From Ruminococcus sp. (GTDB lineage Bacteria; Bacillota; Clostridia; Oscillospirales; Ruminococcaceae), in NCBI GenBank assembly GCA_014799735.1, contig JAAVHL010000010.1, positions 1 to 37,499 of the forward strand: a DNA stretch of 37,499 nt. The letters are read 5' to 3'. Each line of letters starts with the position of its first letter. Position 1 is the stretch's first letter. The notes under the pieces were generated by a model. It was not told the DNA's origin and searched no databases. It saw nothing but the letters and a program-made list of their open reading frames with translations. Below, in pieces: positions 21,048 through 29,778 of the stretch. The translations under genes were made by a program, and so were the position numbers.

Positions 21048-22658
21048 TCAAATATCAAAAATACTTTCCGTAACAAACGTTATATCCCTGCAGTTAACAG
21101 CGTGCCGCCTGAAATCCGCAAAAATATCCTTTATCTCCTCGTTGAGCTCGTCCCACTTGTTGTCGGGATTAAGCGTTGGCATAAATGGATCGGCATAGCT
21201 TTCATTGTACTTTGTCTTGAAACCGTCAAACCCCGCAACAGCCGCCTTTTTTACTCCGAGCATATCCAGCATTCTGAAGCAGCATACCGCAGCGTTGTCA
21301 AAATGCTTCCAACCGCGCTTTACCACCTTGTTGAAGCTGATAATTATTTCGTCCTCATCGGGAACGCTCTTAACGGTGGAAAGGAGAATTTTTCTGAATT
21401 TCCCGAAAGCCTCTCCCTTGGCATTTTTGGCGTATTCGTACCTTGCCGCGTTTGTAAAAAGAACATAATCGTAATCATACCCGTCAAGTAAAGCGTTTAC
21501 GCCGATGACCGCAGGGGCGCGCTCCGATATATACGCAAGTACTTTCTCCCGCTCGTCCAGCGACGACTTTCCCGGCGCCACAAGCAAAGCTTCACGTCCC
21601 GAAAAATATTCTGCAAGTTTTTTTACAGCCTCGGCGTCGTCCGCATAAAAGCTTTGATTTTCAAAATATTTTTTCTCCAGAAGATCGTAGTCGTATTTTT
21701 TTCTGTCCGCAGGATCAAGCGACTCAATAATATTGCGCATATCCTTTGCCTTTGTCCTGTGATTATCGAGAAGATACGCAATATTATTAACATGACAGCC
21801 GTACATTCCCGCGATAAAATAAGGCGTTGAATATCCCCAGCTGTAGTTTTCACCGAAGTACTCCATATAAATATCGATAGCGTCCATGACCGCGTCCATA
21901 TCGTAGCCGCACCCGCATTTCCTGTTAAGAAAGCTTACCGCAAGCTCCGTGGGGGTATTGCCCGCTCCCCTGCCCATTCCGCAAAGGCTTGCGTCAATAA
22001 TGATGTCCCTGCCGCTGTCACCGAGCATATTTACAAAATTCATCGTCAGCGCAAAGGAAAGCTGCTGATTGTTGTGGGAATGAAAGCCCAGACTTATATC
22101 CTTATCCGTGTGCTTGTGAAGTATTTCCGTTATCCTCTCCAAGTCCTCGGGGTACATAGCTCCGAACGTGTCCACTATCGACAAGCCAACGGGCTTTGCT
22201 TTGTTTACCGCCTCGGCAAGACGCTTTAGGTCGTCGTCGGAATAATCCATTGTATTTGCTGCCTGAAAATAAACCCTGTAGCCCTTTTCCTTTATTTTTA
22301 AGCCAACCTCAATGCCCTCCCTGTACTTGCCGCAGGGGAACACGACCCTTACCGCGTCAACGGATTTCCCGTCGCATTGGGGTAAAAGCGACAGGTCGTA
22401 CCTGTCCCAGTCGATCATTACCGTATAGGTCAGTCCGCCGTCCTTTTTTATAAGGTACTGCTCCAGATCCTGCGGGACATGATAAAACGATGTTCCGGCC
22501 TTATGGGGACTGTTTTTCAGCCAGCCGCACTCGATTATATCTGTTCCCGCTTTCTGTAACTTTTCAATAATACCCTTTATGGAGTGTTCGCCGAACTCGC
22601 TTCCCGTGATGTATGCGCCGTCGCGCAGCGTACAATCCAAAAGCTTGATATTTCCCAT
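21048..22658 (-). CDS. DRE-TIM metallolyase (HMGL/aldolase-like) N-terminal domain fused to an uncharacterised C-terminal domain of about 200 aa
   Basis: It contains LLDCTLRDGAY, GFHSHNN (HxH metal site) and GMGRGAGNTPTE. I do not recognise the C-terminal half (LLVAPGKSSLDEREK...). Confidence 0.7.
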   Translation of the reverse strand: MGNIKLLDCTLRDGAYITGSEFGEHSIKGIIEKLQKAGTDIIECGWLKNSPHKAGTSFYHVPQDLEQYLIKKDGGLTYTVMIDWDRYDLSLLPQCDGKSVDAVRVVFPCGKYREGIEVGLKIKEKGYRVYFQAANTMDYSDDDLKRLAEAVNKAKPVGLSIVDTFGAMYPEDLERITEILHKHTDKDISLGFHSHNNQQLSFALTMNFVNMLGDSGRDIIIDASLCGMGRGAGNTPTELAVSFLNRKCGCGYDMDAVMDAIDIYMEYFGENYSWGYSTPYFIAGMYGCHVNNIAYLLDNHRTKAKDMRNIIESLDPADRKKYDYDLLEKKYFENQSFYADDAEAVKKLAEYFSGREALLVAPGKSSLDEREKVLAYISERAPAVIGVNALLDGYDYDYVLFTNAARYEYAKNAKGEAFGKFRKILLSTVKSVPDEDEIIISFNKVVKRGWKHFDNAAVCCFRMLDMLGVKKAAVAGFDGFKTKYNESYADPFMPTLNPDNKWDELNEEIKDIFADFRRHAVNCRDITFVTESIFDI

Positions 22659-22659
22659 T

Positions 22660-24009
22660 TTATTTTACGCTCCTTAAAGCATCCGTTACAACCTCAGCCG
22701 TATAGTCAAGCATTTCCGGACTCATTCCCGGGTAAACGCCTATCCAGAACGTGTTGTTCATAACAAAATCGGTGTTCGCCAGTCCTCCCGATATACGATA
22801 ACCGTCCGTATCCCGCATTTCGTCAAAGCATGGGTGTTTTGTCAGATTGCCGCTGAAAAGCAGCCTTGTCTGAATATTGTGTTCCTCAATATATTTTGTA
22901 ACAGCGTTCCTGCTTATGCCGCTTTCGGGTCTTAGCGAGATAACAAATCCGAACCATGACGGGATACTGTTTTCGGCTGCTTCGGGAAGAATTATCTTAT
23001 CCTCCTCAGGCTTCAGAGCCGAATACAGCTTTTCCCAGTTGCTCCTGCGCTTCACAATAAAATCGGGAAGCTTTTTAAGCTGCTCGCAGCCTATTGCAGC
23101 CTGCATATCCGTCGCTTTAAGATTGTAGCCGAAATGGCTGTACACATATTTATGATCGTAGCCTTTTGGAAGCTCGCCGAATTGTCCCTCAAACCTGTGT
23201 CCGCAGAAATTGTCTTTGCCCGACGGACAAACGCAGTCCCTGCCCCAGTCCCTGAAAGAAAGTATCAGCCTGCTCAAAAGCGGATCGTTCGTATAAACGC
23301 AGCCGCCCTCTCCCATGGTGATGTGGTGCGGCGGATAAAAGCTGCTTGTGCCGATGTCGCCCCATGTTCCCGTGTATTTTTCGATCCCGTCACAGGCGTA
23401 CTTAGAGCCCAAAGCGTCGCAGTTATCCTCGAGAAGCCATAAATTGTTCCTGTCGCAGAATTCCCTTACGGCTTTCAGGTCAAAGGGATTTCCCAGCGTG
23501 TGCGCGATCATTACCGCTTTTGTTTTTTCTGACAAAGCCGCTTCAAGCTTTGTAACATCAATATTGTACTGCGGAACCGTCACGTCTATAAAAACAGGAA
23601 CAGCCCCGTACTGAATTATGGGAGTAACAGTTGTGGGAAAACCGCAGGCCGCCGTAATGACCTCGTCCCCGCGCTTTATGCGCCGCTCGCCAAGCTCCTT
23701 AGCAGTAAGCGCAGAAAAAGCGATCAGATTTGCCGACGAGCCGCTGTTCACAAGGTGAGTGTGCTTTACGCCGAGGAAGTCTGCAAAATCCTTTTCAAAC
23801 CGTTCGGCAAACCGTCCCGTAGTCAGCCAGAAATCAAGCATAGCGTCCGCAAGAGCGCACATCTCCTTTTCGTCATAGACCCTTGCCGCATAAGGTATTC
23901 TGTCTCCATTTGAAAAACCGCCGCTGTCCTTTTTGAAATCATGATAATATTCCGAAACGGCTTTTTTTATAAATTCTCTTGCTTCCGCCTCGGTTTCCCA
24001 ATTCTTCAT
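22660..24009 (-). CDS. rfbH: CDP-4-keto-6-deoxy-D-glucose 3-dehydratase (E1; RfbH/DdhC/AscC family)
   Basis: It contains DFWLTTGRFAERFEKDFADFLG, NSGSSANL, ACGFPTTVTPIIQ and FYPPHHITMGEGG (His in place of the usual PLP Lys), plus the Cys cluster GRDCVCPSGKDNFCGHRF. The ATG at 24009 overlaps the rfbG stop (ATGA). The upstream extension in the track is an artefact. Confidence 0.88.
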   Translation of the reverse strand: MKNWETEAEAREFIKKAVSEYYHDFKKDSGGFSNGDRIPYAARVYDEKEMCALADAMLDFWLTTGRFAERFEKDFADFLGVKHTHLVNSGSSANLIAFSALTAKELGERRIKRGDEVITAACGFPTTVTPIIQYGAVPVFIDVTVPQYNIDVTKLEAALSEKTKAVMIAHTLGNPFDLKAVREFCDRNNLWLLEDNCDALGSKYACDGIEKYTGTWGDIGTSSFYPPHHITMGEGGCVYTNDPLLSRLILSFRDWGRDCVCPSGKDNFCGHRFEGQFGELPKGYDHKYVYSHFGYNLKATDMQAAIGCEQLKKLPDFIVKRRSNWEKLYSALKPEEDKIILPEAAENSIPSWFGFVISLRPESGISRNAVTKYIEEHNIQTRLLFSGNLTKHPCFDEMRDTDGYRISGGLANTDFVMNNTFWIGVYPGMSPEMLDYTAEVVTDALRSVK

Positions 24010-25070
24010 TTTGACATATCCTCCAAAAATTCCTCGATCTCCCTGTCCATTTCCTTTGAAACGTCCCCGCCGGAAAGCTGAACCTTTGTAAAACGGCATA
24101 CTTCCTCCATAGCCTTTTCAACGTGCCATACAGGCTTCCACCCGAAAACCGATTTAAGTCTCGAACAGTCCAGCTTCAGGAAATTTGCCTCTTTTGGAGC
24201 ATTGCTTTCCGAACGGTTTTCCCACGCCGCGCCCTCGCCCCAGCATTTGCAGAACAGTTCCGTAAGCTCCGCCGTTGTGATACAGTCTCCCTCATCGGGA
24301 CCCACATTATAGCAGCCCGCGGTTTCGGGACGTTCATACTGTCCCTGCACGATAATGAGGTACGCCGTCAAGGCTTCAAGAACGTGCTGATAGGGACGTA
24401 CCGAGTGAGGATTTCTCACCGCAATTTTTCTGCCGTCGGTCACAGCCCTTATGCAGTCGGGAACTATTCTGTCCGCGGAAAAATCTCCGCCGCCGATAAC
24501 GTTTCCCGCTCTTGCGGTTGAGACGCCGACGCTGTTCAAATAACAATTTTTATAAGTACCTGTCACAAGCTCCGAACAGGACTTTGAATTTGAGTACGGG
24601 TCAAAGCCGTTCAGCTCCTCGTTTTCTCTGTAGCCCCATTCCCACTCCCTGTTTAAGTATACCTTGTCCGTGGTAACGTTAAGAAAAGACCTTACCGAAT
24701 TGCTTTCCCTAATACATTCAAGAATATTGACGGTGCCCATAACGTTTGTTTCGTAGGTATAAGCAGGATTTTTATAGCTTTCCTTGACAATAGGCTGAGC
24801 CGCAAGATGAAAGACCATCTCGGGCCGTGCTTTTTCAAAAGCGGCTTTGAGGCTTTCCAAGTCCCTTATGTCTCCTGTTACGGAAACCATATTTCCTGCA
24901 ATGTCCGAAATATCAAACAGCGAGGGCTTCGCGGGAGCAAGAGCATAGCCTGTCACGTCAGCGCCCGCTTTTAAAAGAAATCTGCAAAGCCAGCTTCCCT
25001 TAAAGCCTGTGTGACCCGTTATAAAAACACGTTTGCCTTTATAAAAGGACAAATCAAAACTGTTTATCAC
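24006..25070 (-). CDS. rfbG: CDP-glucose 4,6-dehydratase
   Basis: The protein reads (V)INSFDLSFYKGKRVFITGHTGFKGSWL...YSNSK...RAGNVIGGGD...RPYQHVLE. The GTG at 25070 lies 6 nt after GGGAGGA and 2 nt after the rfbF stop. The track starts at 25094/25085 overlap rfbF. Confidence 0.88.
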   Translation of the reverse strand: MINSFDLSFYKGKRVFITGHTGFKGSWLCRFLLKAGADVTGYALAPAKPSLFDISDIAGNMVSVTGDIRDLESLKAAFEKARPEMVFHLAAQPIVKESYKNPAYTYETNVMGTVNILECIRESNSVRSFLNVTTDKVYLNREWEWGYRENEELNGFDPYSNSKSCSELVTGTYKNCYLNSVGVSTARAGNVIGGGDFSADRIVPDCIRAVTDGRKIAVRNPHSVRPYQHVLEALTAYLIIVQGQYERPETAGCYNVGPDEGDCITTAELTELFCKCWGEGAAWENRSESNAPKEANFLKLDCSRLKSVFGWKPVWHVEKAMEEVCRFTKVQLSGGDVSKEMDREIEEFLEDMSK

Positions 25071-25072
25071 CG

Positions 25073-25855
25073 TCAGTCCTCCCATTTTTTCCAAGGCGCC
25101 TGTCCAAGCGTCAGAAGCTTTTCAAGCATATCCATTTCCCGTTTCGTATCCATGCACTGCCAGAAGCCCTTGTGCATATACGACATAAGCTGTCCCTCTT
25201 CCGCAAGCTTTTCAAGGGGTTCTTTTTCAAATACTGTCTCGTCACCCTCGATATAATCAAAAATCTCGGGATTTAAAACCATGTACCCTGCATTTATAAG
25301 CGCGCCGTCGCTGAGGTTTTTCTCACGGAAGGAGCGCACCGCGTTGTCTCCGCCGACGTCAAGCACACCCTTTTGCTGCTCAAGCGTGACCGCCGTAAGG
25401 GTAGCGATTTTTCCGTGGGAAGCGTGAAACTCCACAAGCTTTTTTATATCAACGTCGCACACTCCGTCGCCGTATGTCATCATAAACGGCTCGTCCCCGA
25501 TATATCTGCGCACCCGCTTTATTCTTCCGCCTGTCATGGTTTTAAGGCCTGTGTCAACTATAGTGACCTTCCACGGCTCGCAGTGCTGACTGTGTATAGT
25601 GGTCTGTTCCGTGCCGCTTGTGAAATCAAACGTAACGTCGCTGTTATGGAGGAAATAATCCGCAAACCATTCCTTTATCATATGCTGTTTATAGCCCGCA
25701 CAAATGATAAATTCGTTAATGCCGTAATGGTAATATTCCTTCATAATATGCCATAAAATAGGCTTTCCGCCGATTTCTATCATAGGCTTCGGCTTTAAGC
25801 TCGACTCCTCGGAAATTCGGGTTCCGTATCCTCCCGCCAGCAATACAGCTTTCAT
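25073..25855 (-). CDS. rfbF: Glucose-1-phosphate cytidylyltransferase
   Basis: The protein begins MKAVLLAGGYGTRISEESSLKPKPMIEIGGKPILWHIMKEYYHYGINEFIICAGYK and contains MTGGRIKRV and GFWQCMDT. It aligns with Salmonella RfbF, as I remember that sequence, along the whole length. Confidence 0.92.
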   Translation of the reverse strand: MKAVLLAGGYGTRISEESSLKPKPMIEIGGKPILWHIMKEYYHYGINEFIICAGYKQHMIKEWFADYFLHNSDVTFDFTSGTEQTTIHSQHCEPWKVTIVDTGLKTMTGGRIKRVRRYIGDEPFMMTYGDGVCDVDIKKLVEFHASHGKIATLTAVTLEQQKGVLDVGGDNAVRSFREKNLSDGALINAGYMVLNPEIFDYIEGDETVFEKEPLEKLAEEGQLMSYMHKGFWQCMDTKREMDMLEKLLTLGQAPWKKWED

Positions 25856-25878
25856 ATTATAAAATCATTCCCTTGAAA

Positions 25879-27459
25879 TTATTTTTTGCATATGTATTTA
25901 TAGAAATCCGATTCAGTATAATTTCTTGCAATAAAATTATTTTTTATCTCTATCTCGTCCATGGATTCCGTTTCCTCAAGATCGGCCACTGTTTCAATTT
26001 TTAAAACTGTTCTGCTGATCTCGCGGTAAAATTCCACCAAAGGAGTTACAGCTCCCAGGATAAAAATAAACGACGACACAAACAGCAGCGTTTTTTTGCG
26101 TATAAATTCATCAAGACCCTTTATTTCGCCCTTTGCCGGAACACTGTCAGTAAATGCTTTTATAAATTCAACCGCAAGATAAATGATCGGCGGTATCGAC
26201 GCTCTCATCGTAAAATCTCCGTCCATTCCCAAACGGAACAGCGGTAAAAGCAGCAGCATGATAATTGTCCCGATAAATTCGGGAGCCGCTTTTTTCTTTT
26301 TTATTTTCAAGTAAATCAGAATGATCGCAGTATAAAATCCGACCTCGACCAAAATAAAAAAAATATACAACAAAAGCTTTGAAATAATTCCCGAAACATT
26401 CCCCTCGGCAAACGGCTCCAGCCAGATGTCATTCACACGAAAGCCCACGTTGGCTTTTCCCGTTTCATAATAAGCATCGTTTGAAGCGATCGCGTTTGAA
26501 AAATAATACAAATAATACACAGGAAGCACAGAAACGCACGCCAGAATATTCTGGAATGAAAGTACGTTTTTCACCGCCTCCGAAAGCCTGCCGCCGCGTA
26601 TCATTCCAACGCTTATAACAGCCGCTTTTATCACGCACATCAAAACTATCCCGATAAACGGCAGCGGTCCGAACGGAAGCGCAAGCAGTCCGAGAAAAGC
26701 GAAATTCTTAACGCTGCGCTCGTTTATTATGCAAAAAGTAACAAGCCATATTGCTATTGTTTGATTATACACCCAGAACAAGCAGGTGGTAAACGAGCTG
26801 TACTGAATAATATAGTATGCCCACCATTCCAGGTGATTGTCGAATGTATTCGCTGTCACAGCGTTTCCCACCAGATCAAGCCCGCTGAAAAAAATAAACA
26901 GAAAAACTGTCAGCATAATATGCGGTTTTTTCTTTGAAAACGTTAGAATGACCACCAGCAGCAGCGAAAGAAACACTCCTATGCTGCTCCATATCAGCAA
27001 AAAGACATTTCCCGCCGCATAGCCTGCCGATACCGAACCCGAAACCGTGTAAAAAATTTTGCCCACCAGCGCGGGAGGCATCCAATGCGCAATATAATAT
27101 GACAGCATTGAACCGTCAGAATACACCACAGGCCAAGGCATTTTTATCAAATCGCGAAAGATCGCATTCCTTATCGTATTATCGCTTGACTGATGGATAA
27201 ACCCTCCGTGTCCCGCAAGAAAGCACCATGCCAAAGAGACCGCGCCGATAATTATCAGTGCTTTTTTTGACACAACAGCATACGTTTTTTCGCCGTCACG
27301 CTTTCGGGAGCTTTTCCAAAAGAAAAAGCAGGCCGCCGCAAGCAGCGCGGAAAATACTGCCGCCCATAGAGCCGAAAGCCATCCGAAAAAGAAAATAAAG
27401 ATCGGGACAGCCACATATATTACCGCGGCGGATCTGATACGGTTATATGAAATTTTCAT
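25879..27459 (-). CDS. Polytopic membrane protein (about 12-14 TM), candidate GT-C-type / GtrC-like glycosyltransferase or polymerase
   Basis: A very hydrophobic 526-aa ORF preceded by a GGGGAGAA RBS. It lies between the GT2 gene and rfbF. The function is inferred from position only. Confidence 0.5.
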   Translation of the reverse strand: MKISYNRIRSAAVIYVAVPIFIFFFGWLSALWAAVFSALLAAACFFFWKSSRKRDGEKTYAVVSKKALIIIGAVSLAWCFLAGHGGFIHQSSDNTIRNAIFRDLIKMPWPVVYSDGSMLSYYIAHWMPPALVGKIFYTVSGSVSAGYAAGNVFLLIWSSIGVFLSLLLVVILTFSKKKPHIMLTVFLFIFFSGLDLVGNAVTANTFDNHLEWWAYYIIQYSSFTTCLFWVYNQTIAIWLVTFCIINERSVKNFAFLGLLALPFGPLPFIGIVLMCVIKAAVISVGMIRGGRLSEAVKNVLSFQNILACVSVLPVYYLYYFSNAIASNDAYYETGKANVGFRVNDIWLEPFAEGNVSGIISKLLLYIFFILVEVGFYTAIILIYLKIKKKKAAPEFIGTIIMLLLLPLFRLGMDGDFTMRASIPPIIYLAVEFIKAFTDSVPAKGEIKGLDEFIRKKTLLFVSSFIFILGAVTPLVEFYREISRTVLKIETVADLEETESMDEIEIKNNFIARNYTESDFYKYICKK

Positions 27460-27479
27460 ATCGTTCTCCCCAAAAAATT

Positions 27480-28442
27480 TTATTCTTTCGACTCATCGCT
27501 TTCATCACAGTCAAAATTTATACGTTTTTCTTCTATAACAAGCGGTCTGTTCATTATCCTCTGGTTAATGCTCATTATGTATTCTCCCAGCAATCCAATA
27601 AAAATAAGCTGTATTCCGCCGAGCACGAAAACTCCGATAAGCGTCGGCGCATTGCCCAGAGCAAAGCTGTCCCAGTTTATAAGCTTTAATATAAGGTACG
27701 CAAAGGCAATGACCATGCTTATAATTGAAATAATAAAGCCCGCAATGGTGCATACCCTCATTCCAACCTTTGTGTACGCCGTAAAGCTCAGCATTGCCGC
27801 GTCGTAAAGAGTATACCAGTTATTGCTGGTTTTGCCCGCACGCCTTTTCTGCTGTTCGTATGTAATTTCCTTGCGCTTAAAGCCAAGCTCCGCAACGATA
27901 CCCCTCAAAAACGGCGTAGGGTCGTTAAGTCTGCGCAGGACGTCCACAAAATCCTTGTCATAAAGACCCGTTCCCGTAAAATGCTCTATCTGTTCAACGT
28001 CGGATATTTTTTTGATGACCTTATAGTAGCACGTTCTGCAAAACCGCATTACCGGATTTTCGCGGCTCTGCGCCTTTATCGGACAAACTATTTTATATCC
28101 CTGTTCCCACTCGTGAACAAGCCTGGGGATAAGCTCCACAGGATCCTGAAAGTCGGCGCACATTGATATCGTGCAGTCTCCCGTAGTCTGGAGGATACCG
28201 TAATAAGGCGAATTGAACTGCCCGAAATTGCGGGCGTTGAATATCGCTTTTATCCTCTTGTTTTTTTCACAAAGTCCGATAAGCTTCTGACGGGTACTGT
28301 CCGTCGAATTGTTGTCGATAAAAACTATCTCGTAATCGTACCCGCTCAGGAACTCGTTAAACTGACCTATGATAGCCTCGCTGAGAGGGACAACGTTCTC
28401 CTCTTCATTATAACACGGGATCAGGACAGATATTTTTTTCAC
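27480..28442 (-). CDS. GT2 polyprenyl-phosphate glycosyltransferase (GtrB/CsbB/ArnC-like)
   Basis: The protein begins MKKISVLIPCYNEEENV, contains FIDNNSTD and ADFQDP (DxD-type), and has two C-terminal TM helices. It is 320 aa. Confidence 0.85.
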   Translation of the reverse strand: MKKISVLIPCYNEEENVVPLSEAIIGQFNEFLSGYDYEIVFIDNNSTDSTRQKLIGLCEKNKRIKAIFNARNFGQFNSPYYGILQTTGDCTISMCADFQDPVELIPRLVHEWEQGYKIVCPIKAQSRENPVMRFCRTCYYKVIKKISDVEQIEHFTGTGLYDKDFVDVLRRLNDPTPFLRGIVAELGFKRKEITYEQQKRRAGKTSNNWYTLYDAAMLSFTAYTKVGMRVCTIAGFIISIISMVIAFAYLILKLINWDSFALGNAPTLIGVFVLGGIQLIFIGLLGEYIMSINQRIMNRPLVIEEKRINFDCDESDESKE

Positions 28443-28484
28443 AGAAGAACCCCCTATTTAAGCTCACGTAATATCCTACTTTTA

Positions 28485-28907
28485 TTATTTCATCGCCCAG
28501 TTTTTATTTATAAAGTAATTGAGCGGAACTGTTATAAGCAAGCCGAGCAGCGGCGCTATGAACTCAGAAATTTTGATCACATCTACAAATATGTAAAGGA
28601 TCGCCGTACCAATAAACAGATTGCTTCCGTATGCCGCAAAGGTTTTGAAAAGCGTTTTGGCTTTTTCATCGGTTTTCTTAAAGACAAATCTGCTGTTCCA
28701 GAAATATGAATTAAGCACGCTGACTACAAAGCCGACAATGTTTCCTATGATATAAAGCTTTGGGTCGAAAACGATAAAGATGTAATATATTCCCAGCGAG
28801 ATGACCGTATTGGAAACCCCGACAATACAAAATTTTATAAAACGTATCAGCTCTTGCCACTGCTTATCGGAAATATTAAGCCGTTCCTTTATTTTTTCAA
28901 GAAGCAT
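28485..28907 (-). CDS. GtrA-family small membrane protein (lipid-linked sugar flippase candidate)
   Basis: From the ATG at 28907 it is 140 aa. It contains LIRFIKFCIVGVSNTVISLGIYYIF and has four TM segments. The track start at 28982 is a TTG and adds 25 unlikely residues. Confidence 0.75.
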   Translation of the reverse strand: MLLEKIKERLNISDKQWQELIRFIKFCIVGVSNTVISLGIYYIFIVFDPKLYIIGNIVGFVVSVLNSYFWNSRFVFKKTDEKAKTLFKTFAAYGSNLFIGTAILYIFVDVIKISEFIAPLLGLLITVPLNYFINKNWAMK

Positions 28908-29004
28908 AAATATCTTTTTCAAATAATCACCTGCGTACACAGTCACACAAACGCTTAATACAGCGTTTGCAGGAATTAACAAAAATATGTCTATACATAC
29001 TTAT

Positions 29005-29032
29005 ATTATACACATTTTTTGCCGTTTGTCAA
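29005..29032 (-). promoter_or_regulatory. Sigma-A-type promoter of the nine-gene cargo operon
   Basis: On the minus strand, TTGACA (29027..29032), a 16-nt spacer, then TATAAT (29005..29010). It is followed by a structured leader of about 90 nt (CAAACGC-N8-GCGTTTG at 28949..28970). Confidence 0.6.
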
Positions 29033-29240
29033 TCGTATTGGGCGAATTGCCGCTGACGCAAAGTAAAAGCTATACAAGTTGATTAGAGCAAACGTGTTGG
29101 CGGCAAACCTGTTAATGTATGGTGTCCCCTTAAATTACGAGCCGAATAATCCTGCGTTACAGTTGTATATTATTTATATGAACAGCGGCGAATAATACGC
29201 TGTCAAATCAAATACTATTGATATTAAGAGGAGGCTTCAC

Positions 29241-29408
29241 ATGAAAATTATAGTACATCTTCCATCGGATAAAAATAATAAGGATGAGCTTGAAAAAAGA
29301 GTTGCGGAAGTACACGGCGACAGTGCGGTCGCATACATAAAAAAACAGCCATGGACTAAAGAACAAAAGCTATTGATAATAAAATCAATTGCAGGAAAAT
29401 GCTCATAA
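29241..29408 (+). CDS. Small 55-aa protein, unknown function (candidate recombination directionality factor or regulator)
   Basis: My own translation is MKIIVHLPSDKNNKDELEKRVAEVHGDSAVAYIKKQPWTKEQKLLIIKSIAGKCS. A strong AAGAGGAGG RBS lies 6 nt upstream and an intrinsic terminator follows immediately. It is below the 60-aa track cutoff. Confidence 0.55.
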   Translation: MKIIVHLPSDKNNKDELEKRVAEVHGDSAVAYIKKQPWTKEQKLLIIKSIAGKCS

Positions 29409-29415
29409 AATAATC

Positions 29416-29451
29416 GAGAGACGGTGTCAATACCGTCTCTCTTTATTTTTT
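29416..29451 (+). terminator. Intrinsic terminator after the 55-aa ORF
   Basis: GAGAGACGGT-GTCAAT-ACCGTCTCTC followed by TTTATTTTTT. Confidence 0.7.
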
Positions 29452-29778
29452 ATTGTTCAGATGAACATCGTTCAGATACAGCGATATTTTTTTGTATATT
29501 TCAACTGCATCGAGAGAGCCATCAAAAATTTCCTTATATTCGGGATTTTTTAAAAATTCAAATAAATATAGCTTTCGTAATTTTTCTTGCCAAACTGCTC
29601 TATGATACAGGAGTATCTGCATAACAGATTTGACTATATTTATTCAAGGGAAAGCAATATCCACAAGTTTGACCGTAATAAATTTATACGTCAATCTGTT
29701 GGCGAGGAGCCGGAGGATTCCGAATATAAAGAATTGACAACTGTACGAATTCCATTTAACAACAAGGAGGAGTAGTGT

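Noticed and set aside
24010-24099. N-terminal extension of the rfbH ORF (MPFYKGSAFRRGRFKGNGQGDRGIFGGYVK)
   Set aside because: It overlaps the 3' end of rfbG in another frame. The conserved protein starts at the ATG at 24009, which is coupled to the rfbG stop (ATGA).
28940-29240. Possible invertible promoter (inverton) controlling the glycan operon
   Set aside because: I looked for inverted repeats flanking the TTGACA-16-TATAAT promoter. I found only short arms of 6 to 7 bp (TTGCCGC/GCGGCAA and ACAGCG/CGCTGT), which are consistent with chance.
29424-29624. 66-aa plus-strand ORF overlapping the terminator of the 55-aa gene
   Set aside because: It starts inside the terminator hairpin and has no RBS. 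It lies in AT-rich sequence where random ORFs are expected.
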